NCBI GenBank assembly: GCA_032718475.1
Contig: JAUCBJ010002685.1
Coordinates: forward strand, 1 to 32,100
Length of the DNA stretch: 32,100 nucleotides
Direction of reading: 5' to 3'
Source: Nemertoderma westbladi
Lineage: Eukaryota; Animalia; Xenacoelomorpha
The position numbers and the translations under genes were made by a program. The notes beneath the pieces are model-generated. The model did no database searches. It was not told the DNA's origin and saw nothing but the letters and a program-made list of their open reading frames with translations. Positions within the stretch are counted from its first letter, which is position 1. The number at the start of each line of letters is the position of its first letter. Shown piece after piece: positions 1 through 12,000 of the stretch.

Positions 1-3000
1 CATCAGCAGTATAGAAATTATCATCTACAACTTCTTCGTCATCGCTTCCATCGTCGCCAGGATCCTGTTTACGGAACAGAACTTGCTTGGCTCGTACGGA
101 CCAATGGCTCTTCGTCCTTTCAACAGTTTCGGGTGTCAGCATATCCGACGCTGACGGCGGTGGTGGCATGTAGCGGAAGGCTAGTTGGTCGGCAGACAGC
201 TCGGAGGATACCGGACTGTGGCTGGACAACGCTCCCTCTTCCTTACTTTCTTCCGCCGGGAAGGGTTTGTGGACGTTGTGGAGTTTCTTCTGACCGTCTT
301 TGACTACGTCTGCGAAACCTACCTCGTGCGCGAACGCGTAACCATGTCCAACCACCTTGGTTATTGTGGTAGTTCTCTGCCGGCTCATCTGAGATTTTTC
401 TTCGACATCCTGTAATTCATAATACTATTATCTTAATAATAGTAACTATATTTGGAAATGTGGATTTCATACATAATAACCGTTGAGCACAGATAAGCGG
501 AGTCTGCTTTGGCGACCATGGAGGATCCTATTAGCGACCTAGACTCAGTGGACAAGGCGACCAAGTACAGTAGGGTTGATATTGTGAATTTACACTTCGA
601 CGGTCTATAAATTTATTAAAAAAATTAAAAAAAAATCTTATATTTTTTTTTATTAAAAAGTTCATATTTATGCCGACAATACAATGTTGTTTATCCCCCC
701 CCCCCTCCCTCTTTGTTTATTTACTAACCATCCAACCCATCGCCATCGCCTTTTTCTTTTGAATTCGTAATCGATGGGAAATACTTGGCATTCCAATTTT
801 GTAGATTAAATCGTGGCTTAAGCGCGTTATAACAGTGACGATGAGCGACAGTAGCAAACTCAACCAAAATCGAATTGAGCTGTATACTTGAAATGGGACA
901 CCACCGTATCTGAAAATAATAGACATAGTTAACTCTGGTGTCAGTGATACATTGTTTCTTATTATTGTTGAGTTCAGGTTGTAAAATGGTATTATTAAGT
1001 TCTAATAAAATATCTAATTCACATTATTTTTACATTAATTAAGTATTTACAGACGTGTTAACATGCCAACATGGCCAGCCACAAAATACAAACGGGATAT
1101 TATGAACAGGATACAGTCGGTAGTTCTACTCACACCATCATTGCAGGGAACATGTAGTCAATTCCAACTTGATATAATCCGATCTGTACCAGGAAATATA
1201 TTATTACAGAACCCCAGATGAATATTTGACTTATTGTTGTCCAATATGCTGTGTCTAAACAAATCTAAAATTAAGATGTAATTATGTATTACTGTCAATT
1301 TCTTTCATAGAGTTAGTATTTGTAATGCTACTCAAAAAAAAATCACCACTCGAATTGTGAAGGCTCCTTTCTCGTGGCAGTTACCTGTGAAGCAGGTAGG
1401 TGATGCCCTAACTCCAACCCGCTAATTGGGCGGTTCTGGGGCCGAACTCACGGCCTTCGATCTGAAACTCTCCGATTCGAGAAAAAATACAAATTGTTTC
1501 CAAACGTTTACGTGTATCCATATTTACAGTAATTCCAACGTGTTCAAACTTTACTATCGTGTTCTACTTTACAGTGTAATAGCCAAGAGAGAAGAGCCTT
1601 TGGTTTGCTTCTGTTATGTTTCAAGTTCACTGATAATTCCATGTTTCTGAGAACTTTCTGTCACAAATCCAGCCTAGGTTGCAATGAAGGGTTATTACGT
1701 ATGATTTATTGTGTAAAATAAACTATCAATAAACGCTATGGAACCCGCACACAAACACTAACTTGTATACTGACGATAATAATAAGTATTGTCTGGGCAG
1801 TAATACATAAACTCTGATAGTCAGCTGCATCCATTCCATTGGGTAGAATGTAACTCCCATAGACACAATAGCAAACACTAGTTATCACTCCCGGGGTGAA
1901 TGCGCCCTGCAAATATAAAAAAACGCAATATATATAACACAAACATTGCAAGTATCAGTGAACAATGCGAATATAATTTTATTTTTATATTTGTTATAAG
2001 TTACTAGAACAAAATAAACATTGTTCAGTTTTATTTGTGTCAATATGATGCCCCTTGGCCAGAGGACCCATTTCCTCCCGTCTTGTCAATAACTCTATTT
2101 ATAACTTTCTAGAACTATAACTTCCTTCCCCATATACCATATCCCTTAATATAACAAGTTTATTAACAACTCGCAGTTGCTCCCTCTCCTAATGTTTTCA
2201 AATTTCTATGTGCCACGAAATTTGGTATCATGATAGAAGCCAGAAGCGAATTGGACAAATCATTAGAATTTACGTCATAAAATAATGATAACTTAAATAA
2301 ACTATTGGTGAAATTAAAACTGTTTTTATATTCATATCTGCAGATGAAGGCTGTTCCAACGATATTTATAATATTATATTATAAAACCAAGAAATAAAGC
2401 ATAAGGAACTTAAAAATAGTGCAAAATAGACACTTTTAAACGGCAAGTTGCAGCCAAATAGTTTGAAAATTGAAAAATCCGACCGGGCCAGCATTAAGGG
2501 AGATTGTCGAACTATGTTGGGTTTGAATGGGATGGTCGTTGTTCGAATTCCTGTGATTTCGTAATTGTGAGTTACTCATTGCTTATAGTTTGTATCCAAG
2601 TGACATATTTTCCAGTATGTCCCTACACCAAATATAGACATGACGTGCCGAGACAGGGGTGGGTGGGGGGACTGGACGCAAAACCCGCCTTGGCGAATTA
2701 ATGTCCCGCCTCAATGTTAAATTCTCAAGTTAGGGAAAGGAGCAGGTTACAGTGTCACGTTATTTTAACCAAAACATGAGAGTACTCAGCTGTTACTTGC
2801 GTCGAATTTCCCCTGGAGTGGGATGAATTTTTATTGCGTCCAGTTTCCCCCCCTATCTGGACGTGCCAGGGAATTTGATATACAGGAAATGTTTCATAGC
2901 GAAAATGTGTAAAAGAATTATACTCACTTCGCCCGCCATTCCATTCCCCACATCACTAAATATTTAGGTGCACTCTAATAAATAGACTATATTGATATTC

Positions 3001-6000
3001 TATAAAAATGTAACTGAACTAGAGTGGAAACCGAAACCCTGAATAAAATACATCAGTTTTTCTAAAACAGAATTAAGAAATTATGATTCTTTCATATATC
3101 TTTACACTTTTCTGAAATAAATCGGCACCTGAACACAATAATAACAAATACTGAAATATGTATATTATTTAAGGTACAGAGAGTAATTCACTGGACTTTT
3201 ATTACACAGAGTTTCCCTTGAATCATCTTCCTTTCCTTTTCTTAACTTTGGTTACTCGCGGGGCCGCCGTAGAACCTGCTACTAAAGTTTTCTTCACTTT
3301 TGCCATCAGTTCGGATTCCTCCGGGGGATTTCTTCGTTTCGTCGTCCGGGGTTTTGTGCGGGGTACTGCCGCTGGGGGCGTATCAGCCGCCGCTGGAGGG
3401 CCCCGTACCACCGGAGGCGTGTCGGCAAGGGAATCGACTCGCTTCCGCGGTTTCGCGTCGTCCGACACTTCGCTACTCTTCAATGTGGTTTCGCTAAACA
3501 GCGAGGAATCCTCGACGGAACTGGCGAGGTTCTGTTGGCTCTGATAAACCGGTAGACTTATTGTATCCGGTCGCCCTAGTCGTAGGTAGAGACTCCTTAT
3601 ATTAGCCCACCCACGGGGGCACTGCTCTACAAAACTCTGACAAGCTCCCATCACGTTGTCGATACTTGAATCCACTGGAAGGGCGGTGTTGGCAACCCGG
3701 CAGGTCATACAGTCGCCCCGACCAGTCATAAGTAGCGGCACGGAACCCAACGCGGCTTCAATCTCGGACTTAATCGCCTGCCGTGCAGATACATTGACGC
3801 CGATAGGGACTTTATTGGCCTTAAAGAATGCCTTGCCTAACATTGTCGGCAGTCGATGGTAAATAGATCGATCTGCTAGGAATACATCGAACATTCGACA
3901 TAGTCGGATCTTCGCTTCGTAGGGTTTGTATTCCGTAGCCAAAACTCGATGAGGAATAACCTCGCTGATTCCTTTTATATCTTCTTTTCCTAAAAGGCGA
4001 CGATAGAATTCCACAGTCGCGTCGCTGTCTTTCCCTTCGATATCTTTAACGAAGAGACAAACTTGCCGCTGTTGAGTTGGAGCGAAAGGTGAGTGATCTA
4101 CATGAAGTTGTAGCCATTTGTTATTTACGTCGGGTATTCGCTTTAGTGATATAGTAAGTTGAATACCGGTAGCTTCGCAACCATCCTCTGCTAAGAGGTT
4201 GGGCTTGTTTTTTTCTGGGGTTCGGCTTGCTAACACGTAAAGAGCCTTTATCGCTCGAGATACCTGTGATTTATCGACTAGACTGATACGTTGAAACGGG
4301 ATTTCGTCCATTTTTAAAGATCTCAAACAATTCAGTGGGTCTCTGAGTCTGATACAAGTGCACTGATATGTTATTGGGTTAGTGACGGAGGTTTATAGAC
4401 CGCCACCGCGGTGTAGCTGATATAAGTCAGAAAGTGTACCGGTAACTTACAGACTTACTGGCTAGGCTAGCCTATATTAAATTTCTCACAGTTTCTATCT
4501 ACAGATCTCAGGATCTACAATCAGACAATACAGAATTCTTAAAATACGCTGATAATTCCGCATTAACGGATCTTGCTATTTAACCTCAGTGCAATCACGC
4601 CATCTCCGCAAGTGTGCAATAAGCAATTCTGCTTAGCAGTCTGGCAGTCAGCAGTGGGTTGGTCAGTTGGTGGACCAGACAGCCAGAGTGACCTGACTGA
4701 CTATGTGCTATTGGCTCCCGGAAGTGGGATGAAAAGATGAAATCAAGGTTGCAAGGCCTTCGTGACTTGCTTGGATGGAATGTGGAATGTCAGAATGTAC
4801 TGCTGTACTGCATGTGGGCATATTTCCAATTGGAGTGTCGTTTCAGCCTATCACCTATAGGGCAGTAGGGCTTCTTTCTAAGTATTTCTGGGCTTCCAAT
4901 TGGCTTTTCCTTCAATAAGCTCACCTCATTGGCTAACACTGTCCTATCTGCCTATACTACTGTACTAGCCAAACTGCCAAAAGGTTCGGTTCAGCCTAAG
5001 TCAGTTAAGTGCCAAAAGGGATGTCGCTTGGGGAACTGTCTGAGTGAGTACCGTTACTGCTGTACTGACAGATAAAAATATTCAAACCTAAAGCTCCCTG
5101 ACAGCCTGAGCTCATCAGTATCTGCCAGTCTGCCTGTAGGCAGGTAGGCTAGGTCAATAATTATTGCGGGATGGTAATAGGTCAGTAGGCCTACTATGGT
5201 AACAGATAAAAATAGGTAGGCCTAGGGTAAGCGGGTTGTGAGCTTCAATGCGTGGTCAGTTGTAGGTACTGTAGACCCTTTCTGCCTTTGACCTTAAGAC
5301 TGATAGAGGTAGGTAGCTCTAGCAGGATAGTCCTATATTGTTTTTAAATAAGATTACGTGTGGTTCTTGTCACTGCTGCACTGTCCGTACTCACTGACAT
5401 TGACATACTGTATATAGGCCAAATAACTGAATAAGCAAGTTGACTACTGTATGTACCAATCAGTAACATTTAAAACAATTAGTAACATTTAGAAAGTAAC
5501 ATTAAAAAATTATCACCGACGCACCTTTTGGCTATGGGAGAGTGTTAGCCAATGAGGTGAGCATATTGAAGAAACAACCAATTAGAAGCCCAGAAATACT
5601 TCCATAGGCTGAAACGACACCCCAATTGGAAATATGCCTACAATAGCACTACTAAAACGGACCAGAGTGACCTGACTGACTATGCTATTGGCTCCCGGAA
5701 GTGGGATGAAATCAAGGCTGCAAGGCCTTCGTGACTTGCTTGGATGGAATGTACTGTAGGCCGCATGCGCATGCATGATACAGGGAAGGGGGATACTACA
5801 GGACCGGTAATATTTTAGGTATCGGCCTGGCATAAAATGAAAGTGAATTTAGGAGCGTTTTGATCTGTTGTTAAATTTCTTACTCATTTTGCCGCTAGAT
5901 GTGCAATAGTCATCTCAACAATATCTGCTGAATTTCCACAAAGCGCAATAATCTGCCCATAAATTGTGTACCTAAATTGCGCGCAATTCAATATATATTT

Positions 6001-9000
6001 TTATTAATATAAATTATATTTACTTGCTATTCTTTGCTTACGTGTATAAGACTCTTTAGAAATATAAATTTGTTGAAGCCTTCGTCCTTCTGACCGCGGA
6101 AATAAAGTTGGGGATACGTCACGCACACCTTATCGGTCACATCCTATAAAACAAAATTTTGTGTCTTTAAGTTTTTTGAATTAGAGAGTGAGAGAATCTT
6201 TCCAGTATGTTCATAAAGTAAGTGTGTGTGGTGGGTGCAATTAATCACAAAATTAATTATGTTTCTTATATATTGCTCGTCTAACTAATTAATTCATTAT
6301 TCATGTTTCATTACACCACTCACTACCTTGATAATAATGTTGTCGAATACATTAAAGTATACACTGTGGGTTAAACACTGACAGACACATTATCTCTAAG
6401 GATTACTCCCTTATATCTCTAAGGATTACTGGGGTATCTAAGGATTTCTGAGGTATCGGGGTAACTCGTTTACTTACCTGGTCGAGGATTCCAAGTGCTA
6501 AAACTGGCAATGCCGTATATATCATATTGTATAACATTATGAAGAATGGGTCATATATCGTCAATGCAGAGTGGCCACACAGGAATCCATACCTGTAACA
6601 TTAAGATGAAAAAAAAATGTTTTGACTGTCATACATTTGTATTACCGCGGTTCGTACATACGACGGTATCTGTTTCATAACTGTACTTAACATAACATGT
6701 TATAACATATTTTTTATTTTTAAATTTAGGTGGTCTGACATCCATATTAAATTTCAAATTATCGTATGTGATTAAACGGAACAATGGATGGGGAGAAATT
6801 TTTTTACACGTGCATGTACATTTTTTTTTACTTTTTAACAATTTTTGATGTTATATATAATTCCCCACTTACCACCATTGTAGTAGTGCGAATGAGAAAT
6901 TCTTATAAAAGAAATAGCTCAGGAATTTGCACATGCGGTAGTAGGAATATCTTCCATGAACAAGTAACAACCTTTCCAGGAATCTAAATTGTGCTATCGA
7001 GTAGTCCGAAGCCAGAACTGCTTGAAGTCCTTCCTGTCCACTTATTCCTATGCCAACGTCAGCCACTGTATTGCCACAAAAGTGAAAATATTATTATCAT
7101 CACTTCGAATATGTTTGTGCGACGTACAACAAATGTTCTATTGAAATACTAAAAAAACTATTGAAAATTGCGAGACCATTGTACTGTACATGTACAACAC
7201 TGTATATCACTGGTCTCACCCCGGTGAGGACTCAGTGCCACCTGCCAATACCAATATACTAACTTAGTTCATCTTTGTTATGATGTGTACTTACTCTTTA
7301 TCATGCTAACATCATTCGCACCATCTCCAATAGCAAGTGTTATCTTTTTCTTTTCCACCTTTACCAGTTGAATAACTAAAGACTTCTGAAGAGGTGTCAC
7401 TCGACAACATATTACTGCTTTACATTTAGTGGCCACCTTGAGAAACTTACTTTCAACGTCTTTTTGGAGGGCGAACGCAAGACTTTGTCCTACATAATAT
7501 TAAATTTGTAATTCAGGAAATTATATTCACTCTTTGAACTTTTGTAGCAAAATGTATCATTAATGTTGATATACTTCCATTATTGGGACTTACCTGTTAT
7601 TACTAAAGCAATGTCCACCACAGTATTATCGTTCTTTGTTAATTGTTTCCTTTGAATATAGCTTTCAATTAAATCATCACCTTGTTCAAGCTCATTGACA
7701 ACTTCCTAATAATTAGTAATAGTTACAAATTGATTGTTCATTATATGTGGCCTGGAGGTTGTTGCCTCAGTTTTTATTGCGAGGATCCACGTTTAAATCC
7801 GATACCGACCACGCTGGAGACCCAGTAAGTTCAAAACGCGTACGTGGTTTGGATAGACGTGAGATAAGAATTTCATTAAAAAAATAACACGATTCCTAAG
7901 TTTTACACAACCCGGTAAAAGTACGCATATGTTTGGCATTACTCCCACAATTGCGCCAATAAAAAAAGTTATTTTCGGTAAAATAAAGTTTAGAACTATT
8001 TCTGTAATCACTGTATAAATAGTTTTGTTGAAATAAAGTTTTTGACGCCTAGTTTTGATTTTGTGGGCATCTTACCTGAAGAGTTTCGCAGTTTATTTTT
8101 ATTATTTCGACTGTCTCGTTAGTGAGCAAGTTGCAGGAATAACCAATATTGATGGCCGTTTCAAGTTTATCACCAGTTAACATCCATATCCTCAGATTAG
8201 CCTATTTAATTAGCAATATTAGTTAAGAGACTTGAATCAAATTATGTTTCTACATAAGATATTTGATAATTTAAAGTTTCTAAAAGTTTATTTGATTTGT
8301 ATTTTTCCATGTGTGCATTCAACTCTCAGATGTTCTTTTAAACGACTTGAATTTGATGCCATACATAGTTTATTTTTAATATTATTAGTTTAGAATTGAC
8401 CTTTGACCTATCTCTTTATGCTTACATCAGCTAATTTTGCTAAAGTCTGTGGTACTCCATCCTGTAATTTATCTTCGATGGCTGTCGCTCCGATTAATTC
8501 CAAATCTGTTTCCAATTTTTCGTAAGCTTCATCCAATTTGGCTTCTCTATCTTCTAACGCAACACTGGCTTCCATTCTCACATTACGATCCCAGTCTTCG
8601 AACTCATCAACAGTGAGTCTCTTTTTTGCGAGTACCAAAGTTCGTAAACCAGATGAAGCGAATTGCTAAAACAACATTGTGCATTGGTTAAGGACCGAAC
8701 AACATTCGCTACGGCAGGGTATTAGTATATCTGATACTAATTGACCACCTATAACCGACTAGTTCGCGTGCCTATTATTATCGTACAACTATATCCTAGA
8801 ATTCTGATGGGTTTAATGTGTAAAATCACGATAATTAAAATAGCTAGTAGTAGTTGGTGCGTTCGTATATAAATGGGTTTCCCAAGATGATCTTCAGGTA
8901 TTCACGCTATGGAAGTAAATAGTAAATGATTATTATTAAAGAAGTAAAATTGTCAACAGCCTGATTTGATTTTCACGCATCTCACCCACCTCCGAGATAT

Positions 9001-12000
9001 GTCCCCTCCATCTCTCCAACCTGGAATGACTACCATATATTACTTACTTACTTCTAAATGTTGATTGGTCTGCTCCAAGACACCTTTTTTGTGGTTATTG
9101 ATTCCGTTATTGAGTCTTTCATATATGACACTATCTGCCCCCTTACAATATAGAGTGATTTTCCCATTCCTTTCTACGACAACTGACATTCGCTTTCTTG
9201 TGCTGTTGAAATCTAGAATGCATTTTAAATTGTACACAACATCTTTTCCCATTTCTTCCACTGTTATGCAAGACGGTGATCTTTCCTGAAATGGAATAAA
9301 ATCGATTCCTTACGAAACTAATAAATGTGAACAAAAACTATGTGATATGGTGAGTGATCTCCACCGCAAATTGACCGCAAGTTAAATAAAGTTTGTTTAT
9401 TGTATGGTTAGAAAACACCACCACTGTAAACAAGTTATTTACAAGTATTCAAAGTTAAAAAGTAAAAAAAAGATAATTTCTTGTTCAGTACCTTGAATAC
9501 ATATCCAAAATTTCTCGCTGCCTCAATGAGAGCACCCTCGTCTGGACTTTGCGCCATGTGAACTAGTTCATCCTTCTGCCATTCTGGCATTATTGTGTGA
9601 CAAAGTGCGAGACATCTGAAGAAATCATGAACATGATCTTTTTGATGCGGTTTCATGAGATCATCCAGTAGGTGTTGATCATAGAACTTGAATTTCTTCG
9701 TGAACCAGGTGGGATTAGTTTTTTCGAAGTCGATTAAAGGTTTATCCAGAATCTAACAAAGGTTGATTATATTGAATATTAATTTTCAAATAAAGATTGT
9801 AATTACTTAATCGTAATTTAAAACTAACAACTAACTCGCATCTTCTATCTAAAAATTTTCCCAGGAGCCTGACCCCCACCCATCTCGCGACCCATCCTGG
9901 CTGGCTCTTAAATCCGGACCCACCTGAGTCGGTTCATTTCCATAGACTTTGTTATTAATGCTGCACATATTGAAAGTCATTATGTTTCTAGTCAATGTTC
10001 CTGTTTTATCTGTAAATACATATTGAATTTGTCCCAGTTCTTCATTGAGTGTTGTAGTTCTCGCATTGGCTCTAATCCCTTCGTATACCATTTCATTATC
10101 CCAGTTAATAAATTTGGATTGCATTAGTCGAATAGCTTCAACACTATGAAATATTATATAAAGTATCAAAAGTCTACAATACAAAATAGCATAACATTAT
10201 TACGAGTAATGGATATTTGTAACTGTTTTGGATGATTATTATTTGGAAAGTTGTAGATATCGTTAGTCGGAGAGGTTTAGTTTATTATAGATGTTTCAAA
10301 TGTTTGGTGGAAATTATCTTACCTTACATATAAAGATATTGGAACGAGATTGTTCACTAGAATCACGTATGAGAAGAATAATAGTCCACTTTCCAAGATG
10401 AATGGGCCAGTTTCAAACGAATCCGATGGGTTGTGCCACAAGTATCGGCCATATATATGATTCCAAATCAAATGCCAGACACTATGAGTTGCGCACAATA
10501 GTACGAGGAGAAGGAATATCTGAATAAAACATGTCAAAAGTGTAGTTATTGTAATTAGAATATTGCTCGGGTACAGAACAGTACAGTGTTGAGCATGAAT
10601 ACCTACCAAATGTAAATTCGACCTCAAACTTACAAAAGCAACCATACGGTTTAGTTTGAGGTCCATATTAGTCCGTTTAAATCTCGATCCGCCACTGTTC
10701 TGCATAAGTTTGGTGTCGCTCCCAGCGAATATGACCACCCCGAAACACCACTTGGTATTCCGTAACACGCATCCCCTAAGTATGATGTTGTCATTGTTGA
10801 GCGAGTGCATCTGGTTCCCCTCTACCAATGTACCGCTGAACCTATCCAGCACATTATTGGGCGGTTCACACGTGATTATACCTTCAAATGGGAAACAATA
10901 TATTTTTTATATAACATTTTATTTTTGTTACATACAGATGTAGTTTAGTTATTCATTTAATCTTAAATATGAACATATTTATTAACTATAATAATAAAGT
11001 CACAATAACTATATGCAAATATATATAACACATTCGTGTTATATTTATATTTATTTATTTATAAGAATCATATATGGTACTTATTTAGTACAAGTTCAAA
11101 TTGTCCAATCAGGTTTCCCCAAAAAATGAGCGTAGTCGTGTTCCTGACTCAAATTAAATTTTCAGGACAGTGTTCATTTTATGCTATTAATTTGGAGGAC
11201 ATTGGTAATTAGTAAAATTATCCTGTTTAGGTTTGTGGCTAATTTCTTTTGGACATATATTTCTTATCAACTTAATTTTTCTTGATTCATTATGAGCAAA
11301 TCATGAACCATGTCTGAAACAATTTATTTCTAAAAATGAAATATTTAAGAATGAGCCTTGTAAAATTGTAATGTCCAAAAACAACTTTGGTTTCAAAAAT
11401 TGACAAGAAACGCATTGATATCTCGCGTTGAGGTTCGGCCATTAAGTTACCCAGATACCCTAATTTCTTATAAAACGTGGTGTTGATTTATAGCAAAAAC
11501 TTTAAAAATGTTTTTCTCGAAGTGATAAAAGTGGGTGTGGCTCACTTTTTAATCTATTCAAATTTTACGACTCGAGATTTTGTTGTTGATATGCAAAATA
11601 ATAATGTGTCAGTTGTTATATTGTACTACCAATAGGTTCATATTGATGAATATGTGTTTTATTGTATATCTATTATTATATTATTAGTAAAATTATAAAA
11701 TTTTTATTGTTACTCTGTTTAATTTATTGTTGCGTTTTACATTTATACCTTGGAATTTAGAGAGTTTTTCTATCGAGTCCCCAAGAGCTGCTGTTACGTT
11801 GAGACCTTGACGGCATTTTAGGTTTGTTTCTCCATCCAACTCAGCCGTTTCTATGTAAGTGAGACTGTGTTGTGCGCTACTCGATAGTATCAGCATATCA
11901 GCCGCCACAAAATCATCAGCCTTGAGTCTTACCACATCACCAACAATGACATTCTTCCAGGATGTTTTGACCAATCTGTGAAGTGTTAATGTTAATAATG

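Noticed and set aside
1340-1480. Possible minus-strand SINE with B-box-like GAGTTCGGCCCC
   Set aside because: No A box, tail or TSD identifiable; too weak to call.
2928-2955. Possible 28-nt minus-strand micro-exon (AG..GTGAGT) in the ATP8B intron
   Set aside because: Would frameshift; the flanking exons already join with no gap relative to ATP8B homologues.
3218-3862. Plus-strand ORFs 3218-3544, 3300-3497, 3656-3862 (and 185-415, 9065-9289, 10656-10943, 24278-24475)
   Set aside because: Antisense shadows of real coding exons.
9849-9923. ORF extension [11 protein letters not shown].. beyond the ATP8B exon
   Set aside because: Ends in a stop; the phase-0 donor at 9923 joins the next exon correctly, so this is intronic.
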